A stretch of 64,000 bases of DNA from an uncultured Candidatus Rokubacteria bacterium. GTDB lineage: Bacteria; Methylomirabilota; Methylomirabilia; Rokubacteriales; DASRDR01. The stretch spans positions 288,001-352,000 of the forward strand of contig CAVPSB010000018.1 of assembly GCA_963708025.1 (NCBI GenBank). Direction: 5' to 3'. The translations under genes and the position numbers were made by a program. Below the pieces are notes generated by a model. It was not told where the DNA came from. It worked only from the letters and a program-made list of their open reading frames with translations, and did not search any database. This document shows positions 10,369 through 19,659 of the stretch, piece after piece (positions within the stretch are counted from its first letter, which is position 1; every line of letters starts with the position of its first letter).

Positions 10369-10655
10369 TCAGCCTCCCTGCGGTCCGCGGCCGCCCCACG
10401 ACGCCGACGCACTCGCCGACGATGCGCGCGCGATCTCCGCCGCCCCGAGCGCGACCCAGGCGCGCGTGCGCGCCCGGCGTAGAACGGGCTCGCGGAAGAG
10501 CGCCAGGAGCCGTGTCCGCGTCGTAGCCGATGCCGGGCGAACTCCTCGGCGAAGACGTACGCCATCTCCGCGGCATCGCCTCGACGTCGGCAGGCACCGC
10601 GACGCCGACCAGCTCCATCGGGTCATCGGGCTCGGATCGGCTTCGGCTCGCTCAT
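10369..10655 (-). CDS. Small accessory protein between nxrA and nxrB (indel-broken)
   Basis: Pieces across frames join as [11 protein letters not shown]...[15 protein letters not shown]...[14 protein letters not shown]...[18 protein letters not shown] upstream of ATG 10655. Confidence 0.65.
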
Positions 10656-10664
10656 TCGCGGCTC

Positions 10665-13600
10665 TCACTCCTGCCGGTGCAGCTCGCCGGCCAGGTAGCG
10701 CTTCATGAACTCGCTCTCGTTGTCCGGCGTGAACGCCGGTGGTCGCCGGCTTCCAGACGCCGCGCCCGCCGAGGCCGCCGTCCTCGGCCTTGGTGACGCT
10801 GCACCAGCGTCTCCTTGGGCACGGTGTTGATGGCGTGGTTGTCCGCCTCGCCGCCGAAGATGAAGCCCATGACGCCTTCGTCTTGTGGAAGAGCGTGTCG
10901 GTCTGGTGCATCGGCATGTGCCAGTTGCGCGTGACGGACTGCTGCGAGCCGAAGCGGAGGTTGGCCTGGTAGCCGGTGTTCTCGGAGAGCGGCGCGGCCG
11001 TCGGGCCGCGTCTCGTGCGCCTTCACGGTCCTCTCGGTGGCGATGAACGGCGCGTGCTTCATCATCACGACGTTGTAGGGGTAGGCGGGTTGTACTTGCA
11101 CGCGCAGCATGCAGCGGGCGACCTTGTAGAACGGGTCGCTCGGCTTCGCGCCGAGGTACGGGCGGTCGGCGGGGTTGGCGTCCACGTAGACGTAGTCGCC
11201 GTCCTTGATGCCGAGGTCGCGCGCCGCCTGCGGGTTCATGTGGAGCTGGTGCTCGCCGACGCTCGGCGCGCGCTTGTCGAGGCGGTACGGGTCGCCGAAG
11301 TTCGAGTCCCAGATGATGTGCCAGTCCACGTTGCGCCCAGCTGCGAGTGGACGCTGTGGCGCGTCTTCGGCGTGAGGCAGTAGAACTGGAAGCCCTTCTC
11401 CCAGAGGAAGTTCTTGGTCTTCTTCACCTCGGCCCACGGCAGCTTCACGTTGCGCACCGTCCGCGTCGTCCCAGTGCTCGGCCGTCCGGCGGGATGCCGT
11501 AGTCGTTGGGGCGGACGTAGCGGGTTCGCGCTGACGATGACGTTCGGGCAGGTAGGGCGTGGCCTCGGGGCCTTCGCGGTGGACGATGAAGTTCTCGCCG
11601 TACTCGATCGCCTCGGGGACGTCGCTGTAGGCGTGCAGCCGGCCCGTGTCGGTGTAGAACGGCTCGTTGTCGTGCACCTGCTCGTAGAACGGGATGCGCG
11701 GATAGGTGCGGAAGAGCATGAGCGCGCCGCCCGGCGGCGCCGTACTTGCCGGCCATGATGTCGTCCAGCTTGTAGCCGGCCGTGGTGGTGCAGGTGTCGA
11801 GCAGGCGCTGGATGTAGACCTCCGCGCTGGCCTTCGAGCTCGAACTTGAAGTAGTCGGCGAAGCGCTGGTCGCCGGTGACCTCGGCCAGCGCGCTTGGCG
11901 ATGCCGGCCAGGATCACGAGGTCGTCCTTGCGTGTCGAAGACGCGGCTTGATGCCGCCCTTCCAGATCTGCAGGAACGGGTTCGAGCAGCAGGCGGTGAT
12001 CTCCAGGTCCTCGAACTCGAGCCAGCGAGTTGGCCGGGCAGCCCGACGTCGGAGTACTCGACCGACGCCGTCATCTGGATGTCGATGGCGACGATCATCT
12101 CGACGTTCGGGTTGACGTTCTTGATCATGCCGTAGGCCCACTTGGCGTTGTTGATCAGGTTGACGTTGGTGAACACATCGCCTTGGTCGGCGTCGGCATG
12201 TGGCGTCTTGCCGGTGAAGACCTTGCGGCCGTCCTTCGGCGTGTCGACGATCAGGGGCAGGTCGCCGTGGTTCCAGTAGGCGGGCTCCTCGTCCTTGGTG
12301 TAGGCGTGCGCCTTGATCGTCCTTGCCGTGGCGCGTTCGGGTCGAGGTTCGGCTCGAACGGGTCTTCGGCGACCCAGCCCTTGAAGCCGGGCCCGGTCCA
12401 GGGCGCGCCCTGGAAGAGCGCCGCCTTGTAGTTGCCGGCCCAGGCGTGGCAGCCCGCGCCCGGCTTGCCGATGTTGCCGGTGAGCATCAGCGGCAGGTAG
12501 GCCGCGCGGTTCACCTCGGTCGCGTGGAACCAGTGGTTGATGCCTTCGCCCTGGTGGATCGCGACCGGCTTGATCGTGCGCGATGTCCTTCGCCAGCTGC
12601 TCGATCAGCTCCTTGCGGCGCGTGCGGTGATCTCGGAGACGGTGTCGAGGTCGTAGTCCTTGAGATGCATCTGGTAGAGCGTCCACGAGCGTCGCGACCT
12701 CGACCTCGCTGCCGTCGACCAGCTTCACCGTGCACGTGCCCTCGAGCGCCGGGTCGATGCCGCTTCTGCGCCATCCGCGTCGCCGACGTCGTCGCGGGTG
12801 ATCGCGCTGGAGCGCCCTGGCCCGCTCGTCCCACACGACGTAGTCGCCGAGCTTCTCGTGCTGCTCGTCGCGTGAGGCCCTGGATGCGTCATCGACGGCC
12901 CGTCGGCGGCGAGCGCGGCTGGTAGTTGGGGAAGACCTCGTGCGGCGCGCAGCCGCTGAGGGTGTCGGTGCGGACCAGCAGCGGGAAGTCGGTGAATGCC
13001 TTGACGAACGCCTCGTCGTACCACTGCGTTCTCGATCATCAGCCGGGTGACGCCGAGCCACAGCGCCGCGTCGGTCTGCGGCCGGATCGGGATCCAGTAG
13101 TCGGCCTTGGTCGACGGCGGGCCGTACTCCGGCGCGATGACGACGATCTTCGCGCCGCGCTCCATGCACTCGATGAACCAGTGGGAGTCGGCCATCTTGT
13201 TCTCGACCAGGTTCTTGCCGTCCATGATGATGAGCTTGGAGAAGCGCAGGTCGTTGAAGTCGCAGTCGGAGTTCTGCAGGCCGTGCACCCACGGCTGGCC
13301 GGGCGCCTGGTCGCCGTGCCAGGTGTAGTTCGACCAGTTGCGGCCCGCCCTTCGCCTCCTCGGGGTCACGCCGCGGATGTGGACGTCCAGCAGCGCGAGC
13401 GAGTTGTTGAGGCGGTACATGCCGTACTTGCCGATCACGCCGAGCAGGCCCATGCCGCCGCGCATCTTGATGCGTGCGCGTGCCGGCGCCGTCCATCGCC
13501 GTCGATCATCTCCGGCTGGTAGCCCTGGGCCAGGAGCAGCTTCGCGCCCTCGTCGCCGCTGTAGCGCGTCGGCGATCGCCATCAGCGCCTTGGCGATGTA

Positions 13601-14146
13601 GCGTGAAGGCGTCGTCCCAGGAGATCTGGACGAACTTGTCCTGGCCGCGGCGAGTCGAACAGGTACTTGGCTCTCAGCTCCGGCGGTCAGCTCCGGGAAA
13701 CCGTCGTCGGCCCAGCGCTTCCAGCCCTTGCGCACGATCGGGTGCTTCAGCCGGTACGGCCCGTAGAGCGACGCGGTGGAAGGTGTAGCCCTTCGCGCAC
13801 TGGCGCGGGTTCCAGTTCGCGCGTGGCGTTGTTGCCGTAGAGGTCGGCGTAGCGTCTGGTAGTCGTAGTTCGCGCCGAGCCGCATGACGATGCCGTTGCG
13901 CACGAAGGCGCGGACGCGGCAGGCGTGCGTGTCGTTCGGCGAGCAGACCCAGTCGAAGGTGCGAGTCGTACTGGTACTGGTCGCGGTAGATCTTCTCCCA
14001 GTCGCGGGCGACCGACCCCGCCAGCGGGTTCTCGTCGGGGTCTGCCGCCGCCAGGAGCCGGAGCGGGAGGCCCAGCTCGGCGGCCGCCACCCCGCCGGCC
14101 GAGCCATCGCAGGAAGTCCGCCGATCGATCTCAATGGGTCGCTCAC
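10665..14146 (-). CDS. nxrA: Nitrite oxidoreductase alpha subunit (Mo-bisPGD, DMSO reductase type II), Tat-exported; many indels
   Basis: Tat-like 'IDRR.FL'; 'DWEKIYRDQY'; FS0 motif 'CSPNDTHACRVRAFVRNG...WNPRQCAKG'; 'RNWSNYTWHGDQAPG'; 'HAWAGNYK'; 'TPKTRHSVHSQ'; 'GSQQSVTRNWHMPMHQTD'; 'ADNHAINTVPKET'. Confidence 0.9.
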
Positions 14147-14170
14147 GCTCCTTCTCCTCACGGCTCGAAC

Positions 14171-15795
14171 TCACGGCTCGCAGCCGCAAGTCCTGCCAGA
14201 TCGTGACCGACTTCTTGCCGTCGCGGTCGCCCGCGCTCCCGTTCCAGACGGCGAAGGCGACCGGCACCGTCTGCCCGGGGACGAGCCGGACCGCCTGCTC
14301 CCCCGGCGCCGCGAGCGCGCGGCGGAACACCACGCGGTACGCCCCGGTGCGGTAGGCGCCGCGCGCGGTCACGCGCTGGTCGATCCGCGGCCGCGCCTTG
14401 CAGCGTCCCGAAGCCCTGCGCGGCCAGGTCCTCGGCGGCGCTCTCGCGCGGCGGGTCGGCCACGATGTTGCCGGCGCCCCAGCCGGTCACGAACGTCGGG
14501 TCGGAGTGGAGCGTCAGCGCGTGGCGCGTCGGCTGCTCCATCGGGGACGATGAGGAGGTTCGGGTACGAGTCGATGCCGAGGTTCGGGTAGACCTTCTCG
14601 AGGTCCTGAAACGCCGGCTCGAGATCCGCCTGCCGCTCCGACTTCCACATCCAGATGTTCACGAACTGCGCCTTGGCGCCCATGGCGAAGAAGGGCGGAT
14701 CGGCCGTCAGCGCGAACTCGACCGCCGCGGCGTCGCGGAAGTCCTGCGGGCGGATCGCGGTGTGGTCGTCGGTCGCGTCGGCCCAGACGAGGAGGAAGCG
14801 CCAGCTCCGGCCGTCGTGGAGCGCGCGCACGGTCAGCTCCTCCGGGCGGTCGGTGCGCCACCAGAGCGGCATCAGGTGGAGGTTGACCGGCGGCGCCGCG
14901 CGCCACGTCCCCTCGTCGGGATGATCGGGCAGCGGTGTCGACGCGGCGGGCGGCGATCACGAACCTGCGCATCTCGACCCGCGCCCGCTGCGTCGTCGCT
15001 CGACAACGAGCGGACGAGGTGGACGAGGTGCCAGGCGTCGTCGCCGTAGGCCCAGTCGCTCATTGGCATCGGCGTGCCTGGCATCCCGGCGACGATGCGA
15101 CGGTAGAGCTGCTCCGGCTCGGGGCTGCCCTTGAAGACGCCCAGCGTCAGATCGCGCGGGCGGGTCGGGTAGCCCTTGTCGTCCTTCTGCTCCTGCGCGC
15201 CGTCGCCCTGGCCGGTCGCGCCGTGGCACGAGGCGCAGGCGTCGGCGTACAGCTCGAGGGCGCGGGCGCGCGCCTGCGGCGTCGTAAGGGCGGCTCCGGC
15301 GGGACGCGGATCACGCCGGTGCCGGCGCCGCCCTCGCCCGTCGGGTCGGCCGGCAGGGCGATCGTCCACGGCTGTCGGCACGAGCGACTTGACGTAGTGG
15401 ACGAGCGCCCAGCGCGTCTCCTCGGCCAGGTGCCCCCACGACGGCATCGCCGACCCCGGCATGCCGCGCGAGATCGTGCGGAAGAGGTCGTCGTCGGTCG
15501 GCACGCCGCTCCCAGGTCGAGATGAGGGCGGAACTTGCCCGCGCGTGAAGTCGCGCGGCTGCGGGTAGAGGAGGTAGGCCGCCTCGCCGTCGCCCCGGCC
15601 CTCCGGGCCGTGGCAGGCCGCGCACTGCGCCTCGTACAGGCGCTGGCCGAGGGCGAGGAGGTCCGGCGACGCCGCGCGGACGGTCGAGGGCGTAAGCGAG
15701 ACCGGCAGCGGGCCGGACTCGCCCGCCGGCGTGCCGGGCGACGCCGCCACCAGGCCGAGCAGGAGGAGGCCGAGGAGAGCGCCGGCTCGCCGCAT
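14171..15795 (-). CDS. Di-heme cytochrome c fused to an ethylbenzene-dehydrogenase-gamma (EB_dh, heme b)-like domain; candidate NxrC; several indels
   Basis: Signal peptide MRRAGALLGLLLLG. CAACH and CASCH, each followed by PRD(F/L)T...GMPG(S/T)xMP. Then 'LVWADAT...FRDAAAVEF...FFAMG...VNIWMWK' and 'VAFAVWNGSAGDRDGKK'. Confidence 0.8.
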
Positions 15796-15854
15796 CGTGT
15801 CCCCCGCCTGGAGCCGGCGGGTCCTGGCCGGCGGCATGACGCGCGTCATCCGCT

Positions 15855-16160
15855 TCAGCGGACGCCCCGGTGGGCGACCTCGCCCCGCTCGACCTCGGCC
15901 GGGCTCACGCAGCCCTGCTGGCAGCCCTCTCGCTCCGGCCACTCGGAGCAGCGCTCCACGCGCGGCGTCGGGTCGCGGAACATCGCGGCGACCGCCGCCC
16001 CGCGCGCGTCCAGGTCAACCTCGGCCGGGGCCCCCGTCTCGGGGCACCGGACGGCCCGCCTCCCGCGGAATCGGCGCCAGGCGTCGTAGGCGACGGGCAG
16101 CAGCACGTACCCGGCACCGATGACGGCGATCCCGACCAGGACGATCCAGGGGCTACTCAT
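15855..16160 (-). CDS. Small membrane-anchored Cys-rich hypothetical protein
   Basis: N-terminal TM helix; 'VRCPETG...VERCSEWPEREGCQQGC'; GGAGGG upstream. Confidence 0.7.
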   Translation of the reverse strand: MSSPWIVLVGIAVIGAGYVLLPVAYDAWRRFRGRRAVRCPETGAPAEVDLDARGAAVAAMFRDPTPRVERCSEWPEREGCQQGCVSPAEVERGEVAHRGVR

Positions 16161-16398
16161 GGCACCCTCCTTCCCCGTCCAGCGCGGGCTTGGACTGTTG
16201 CTCGCCGCTCCGCCGGATCAACTCGACGATCCGATCTCGCAGATAGCGCCGCTGGCCGCCGAGCGTCAGGACAAACGGCAGCTTCCCCTCGCGGGTCCAG
16301 CGCGCGACCGTGGCGGGGGACACTTCGAAGAGCCGGGCGACGGCCGACCGGGTCAGGTACCGCCGGCCCGAGGCTCGCTGTGTGCCGGTCGTCACCAT
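16153..16398 (-). CDS. BldC-like MerR-type helix-turn-helix DNA-binding protein
   Basis: 'YLTRSAVARLFEVSPATVARWTREGKLPFVLTLGGQRRY' matches the BldC/excisionase-like HTH pattern. Confidence 0.8.
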   Translation of the reverse strand: MVTTGTQRASGRRYLTRSAVARLFEVSPATVARWTREGKLPFVLTLGGQRRYLRDRIVELIRRSGEQQSKPALDGEGGCHE

Positions 16399-16495
16399 TT
16401 GCTCGCATTGCACGCCGGCCGCGCTCGGAAGTCCATGACGCAGATGGTTCAATTTCTTAGAGCGGGCGGCCTACGGCCGGCGTCGTTGGTCAGGG

Positions 16496-16501
16496 TATGA
16501 T
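16496..16501 (+). promoter_or_regulatory. Putative -10 box of a leaderless promoter
   Basis: TATGAT 7 nt upstream of ATG 16509; no SD sequence. Confidence 0.45.
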
Positions 16502-16508
16502 CGGCGGC

Positions 16509-16907
16509 ATGGCACCGGCACCACCGGACCCCGGGATCGGTCCATTTGGCGGCCTCCTCGGCGTCCGCCGCCGCGGGATGTCCGGCGGTGAGGCCAGCTT
16601 CGAGCTGACTGTCCGGCCCGAGCACATGAATCCCTACGGCGTGCTCCACGGCGGACTCCTCTACGCGCTCGTCAACTATGCGATGGGGGCCGCGCTGGTC
16701 TCGCGCCTCGATCCCGGCGAGCGGTGCGCTACGCTGGAGGTAAAGATCCAGTGCCTGACGCCGGTGCCGAGCGGGGAGGTGCGGGCGGAAGCACGGGTCG
16801 TGGAGCGGACGCGTCGGATCGGCATCCTCGAGGCCCGCGCCTACGCCGACGGCGACCGTCTGGTGGCGGTGGCAACCGGCACCTTCTACATCAAGGCCTC
16901 GCAGTAG
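16509..16907 (+). CDS. PaaI-family hotdog thioesterase
   Basis: 'HMNPYGVLHGG...CATLEVKI...VAVATGTF'. Confidence 0.85.
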   Translation: MAPAPPDPGIGPFGGLLGVRRRGMSGGEASFELTVRPEHMNPYGVLHGGLLYALVNYAMGAALVSRLDPGERCATLEVKIQCLTPVPSGEVRAEARVVERTRRIGILEARAYADGDRLVAVATGTFYIKASQ

Positions 16908-16955
16908 TGTGACGCCGCGCGTGACGGGCGCTGTCCCGCCGCCGCCACGCGCCCG

Positions 16956-17440
16956 CTAGTAGCGCGGGCGGCCGTCCAGGACCTCCCGGACCTTGCCGGC
17001 GAAGGCGTCGGGCGCGAACGGCTTCTGGATGAGGGTGATGCCCGGATCGAGGACGCCGTGGTGCACGATCGCGTTGTCCGTGTAGCCGGACATGTAGCCA
17101 CCCGCCGCATGGCTTCCTCGGTGGTGAGGTCCAGGGACAGGGCCTGACCGACCGCCAGGAGGGCCTCGGTCTCCCTCAGCCGCTCGGTGGTCTCGGAGAG
17201 CAGCCGGGCGTTCTCCAGGGCCAGGGCCGCCTGGTCCGCGAACGTTTCCAGCAGCGTGACCTCGGCTGCCGGGAAGAGGCGACCCGGCCGGTCGGCGATG
17301 GAGAGCGCGCCGATGATCGTCCTCTTCGCCCGCAGCGGCACCGCCACCATCGCCCGCAGCCCTGACCGCTGCACGCGCTGCCGCACGTCGTCGGTGAGCG
17401 TGATCGCGGCATCGCCGAGGATCGGCGACGACCGAGGACG
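16956..17440 (-). pseudogene. Remnant of a GAF-containing hybrid histidine kinase (GAF fragment joined to a receiver C-terminus)
   Basis: GAF 'AMVAVPL...IIGALSI...LLETFADQAALALENARL' switches out of frame at ~17097 into the receiver tail 'YMSGYTDNAIVHHGVLDPG..LIQKPF'. Confidence 0.75.
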
Positions 17441-17460
17441 ACCCTAGGTCGGGACGGACG

Positions 17461-17483
17461 CCCAAAGGCCGAAGGCCGTCCGA
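17461..17483 (+). repeat. Repeat family A, core copy
   Basis: CCCAAAGGCCGAAGGCCGTCC, also at 21781, 38262 (partial) and 47311 (reverse). Confidence 0.75.
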
Positions 17484-17529
17484 ACGGCGCAGTCCGAGCG
17501 CGTCCCGGCCGAGATGAACGTTGCGAAGC

Positions 17530-18570
17530 TCATCGGCCTCGCCCGCGCCGCTCGAGCCAGGTCAGGGCGCCGAGGGCCAGCAGCACGGCGAGCCCGAGCC
17601 CGGCCGTCACCGAGAGCGCGGCCTGCTTGGGGAGGCGGGAGAGGAGCACCGCCGCGCCGCCGAAGGCGGCGCTGGCGCCGAGCAGGCAGCCCACGGCCTG
17701 CTGGGGCGAGAGCCCGAGTCGCAGGAGCCGGTGGTGGAGGTGGCCCATGTCCCGCCGGAGCGGGTTCCGGCCGCGGGCGGTGCGCCGGACGACCGCGAAG
17801 ACCGTGTCGACCACCGGGAGGCCGAGGGCGACCAGGGGCAGGAGCAGCGTCATCGCCGCCGTCGTCTTGCGATTCTCCAGGAGCGCGATCGCGGCCAGCA
17901 CGAGCCCGATGAAGGTGCTGCCGACGTCGCCGAGGAAGATCCGCGCGCGGGGGAAGTTGTAGGGGTAGAAGCCGACGATCGCGCCGGCGAGCACGAGGGC
18001 GAGGATGGCCACGTCGCGCTCGTTCTTCAGGGAGCCGACGGCGCACAGGGTCAGGGCCGCGATCCCACCGATGCCCGGGGCCAGCCCGTCGAGGCCGTCC
18101 ACCAGGTTGAGGCCGTTGATCACGGTGGCGACCCACAGCATCGTCATCACAAGGCCGAGCGATCCGAGCGGGATCGTGGAGCCGAACGGGTTCGTCAGCT
18201 CTACCACCTGGAGCCCCGAGAAGTACAGGATCGCGCCCGCCGCGAAGTGGACGGCGAGCTTGGTGGGGATGCCGCACGTCCGCAGGTCGTCCCACACGCC
18301 GACGACGACCACCGGCACCGCCGCCAGCGTGATGCCGATGGCATGGGACAGGGAGATCCCGATTCCGATGCCCTGCAGGACCCACAGGGTCCCCAGCACC
18401 GCCACCGCCAGGCCGAGACCGCCGAGGGTCGGCACCGGCTCGACGTGGACCTTCTGCACGCCCGGGTAGTCGAGCGCCCCGGCCCGCCGCGCTTCGGCGA
18501 TCACCAGCGGCGTCAGGGCGAAGGCGGCGCCGCTGGCCAGCAGGAAGGCCGCCAGGTCGGCCGGGGTCAT
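17530..18570 (-). CDS. WecA/MraY-family polyprenyl-phosphate N-acetylhexosamine-1-phosphate transferase
   Basis: 'KVH..PVPTLGG', 'GVWDD', 'NGLNLVDGLDGL', 'YNFPRARIFLGDVG', 'DMGHLHHRL'. Confidence 0.92.
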   Translation of the reverse strand: MTPADLAAFLLASGAAFALTPLVIAEARRAGALDYPGVQKVHVEPVPTLGGLGLAVAVLGTLWVLQGIGIGISLSHAIGITLAAVPVVVVGVWDDLRTCGIPTKLAVHFAAGAILYFSGLQVVELTNPFGSTIPLGSLGLVMTMLWVATVINGLNLVDGLDGLAPGIGGIAALTLCAVGSLKNERDVAILALVLAGAIVGFYPYNFPRARIFLGDVGSTFIGLVLAAIALLENRKTTAAMTLLLPLVALGLPVVDTVFAVVRRTARGRNPLRRDMGHLHHRLLRLGLSPQQAVGCLLGASAAFGGAAVLLSRLPKQAALSVTAGLGLAVLLALGALTWLERRGRGR

Positions 18571-19487
18571 CCGGCCGCCCCGGCGCGTGGCCGGCGGAGC
18601 GCGTTCGCCGCGACGAGGAGGCCGGCGCGGAGTGCGAGGGCGGCCGCGATGGCGACGCGCGCCGGCCAGGGGGCGCCGAAGTGCTTCTGGACGTAGCGCC
18701 ACATGCCGCGGTGGCGGGCCCACACGATCCACGCCGGCACCGCGCCGCGGCTGGCGCCGATGTGATGGGTCACGACGGCGTCGGGCAGGTAGACGATGCG
18801 CCAGCCCGCGTCCCGGATCCGCCGGCACCAGTCCATGTCCTCGACGAAGAGGAAGTAGGCCTCGTCGAAGCCGCCGACGGCGGCGAGCACCTCGCGGCGC
18901 ACGATCAGGCACGCGCCCGAAACCCAGTCCACCTCGCGCACGCTCCGGTGATCCCAGTCGAGGTACAGGTAGTCTCGCGAGGCGGCGTTGCCGGGGAGGA
19001 GCCGGGTGAGCAGGGCGTAGCGGCCGAAGAAGATGGTGAGGTACCCGGGAAAGCGGCGGCACGAGTACTGGAGGCTTCCGTCGGACTCCAGGAGCCGGGC
19101 CCCGGCGGCGCCGACGGCCGGGTGGGCGTCGAGGTACCCGACCATGGCGGCCAGCGCGCCCTCGTGGACGATGGTGTCGGGGTTGAGGCAGATGACGTGG
19201 CGGCCCCGGGCGAGGCCGATTCCCTGATTGGCGGCGCGCGCGAACCCGAGGTTCTCGGCGTTGGCGAGCAATCGCACGCCGGGGAAGCGCTCCCGGAAGG
19301 CGCCAGCCGCCAGCGTGCCGCCGTTGTCCACGACGACCACCTCCAGCCGGAGGGATTCGCCGGCCTTCCCGAGGCTCTCCAGGCACTCGGCGAGCAGTTC
19401 GTCGGTCCGGTAGTTCACGATGACGACGGAGCAGTCAACCGGGGCGACGCCTTCGGGGGAAGGAGACGATTCAAGGAGAGGACCCAC
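18567..19487 (-). CDS. GT2 glycosyltransferase (WbbL-like)
   Basis: 'SVVIVNY', 'VVVVDN', 'NLGFARAANQG', 'LNPD', 'VDWVSGAC', 'FDEAYFLFVEDMDWC'. Start approximate. Confidence 0.9.
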   Translation of the reverse strand: MGPLLESSPSPEGVAPVDCSVVIVNYRTDELLAECLESLGKAGESLRLEVVVVDNGGTLAAGAFRERFPGVRLLANAENLGFARAANQGIGLARGRHVICLNPDTIVHEGALAAMVGYLDAHPAVGAAGARLLESDGSLQYSCRRFPGYLTIFFGRYALLTRLLPGNAASRDYLYLDWDHRSVREVDWVSGACLIVRREVLAAVGGFDEAYFLFVEDMDWCRRIRDAGWRIVYLPDAVVTHHIGASRGAVPAWIVWARHRGMWRYVQKHFGAPWPARVAIAAALALRAGLLVAANALRRPRAGAAG

Positions 19488-19542
19488 GTGCGTCCCGGCG
19501 ATTATGGAAAGGGGGCGCCGCGAAGTCAAGCCGCCGACTGTT

Positions 19543-19600
19543 TGGATCCTCCCTCCCACCCCCCAACCCCCTCCCCCACCCACCGGGGGGGAGGGGGAGC
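19543..19600 (+). repeat. Repeat family B (C-tract/G-tract REP-like palindrome)
   Basis: GGATCC..CCCACCCCCCAACCCCCTCCCCCACCCACCGGGGGGGAGGGGG; homologous reverse copy at 43062-43119. Confidence 0.6.
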
Positions 19601-19659
19601 CGGAGGGACCGGCGGCTTTCAAGGACCGATCCGAAGATGCGGGCGGTGTCCAGGCCTGG

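Noticed and set aside
9087-14146. Programmed frameshifting or phase variation in nxrAB
   Set aside because: The indels are too many, irregular, and mostly not at slippery tracts; sequencing error is simpler.
10665-14146. Cytoplasmic respiratory nitrate reductase NarG
   Set aside because: Tat-like signal, CSPNDTHAC instead of the HGVNCTGSC motif, and no NarI.
16400-16495. FNR box or sigma-54 promoter upstream of the nxr operon
   Set aside because: The TTGA/TCA-like half-sites and GG/GC pairs have the wrong spacing.
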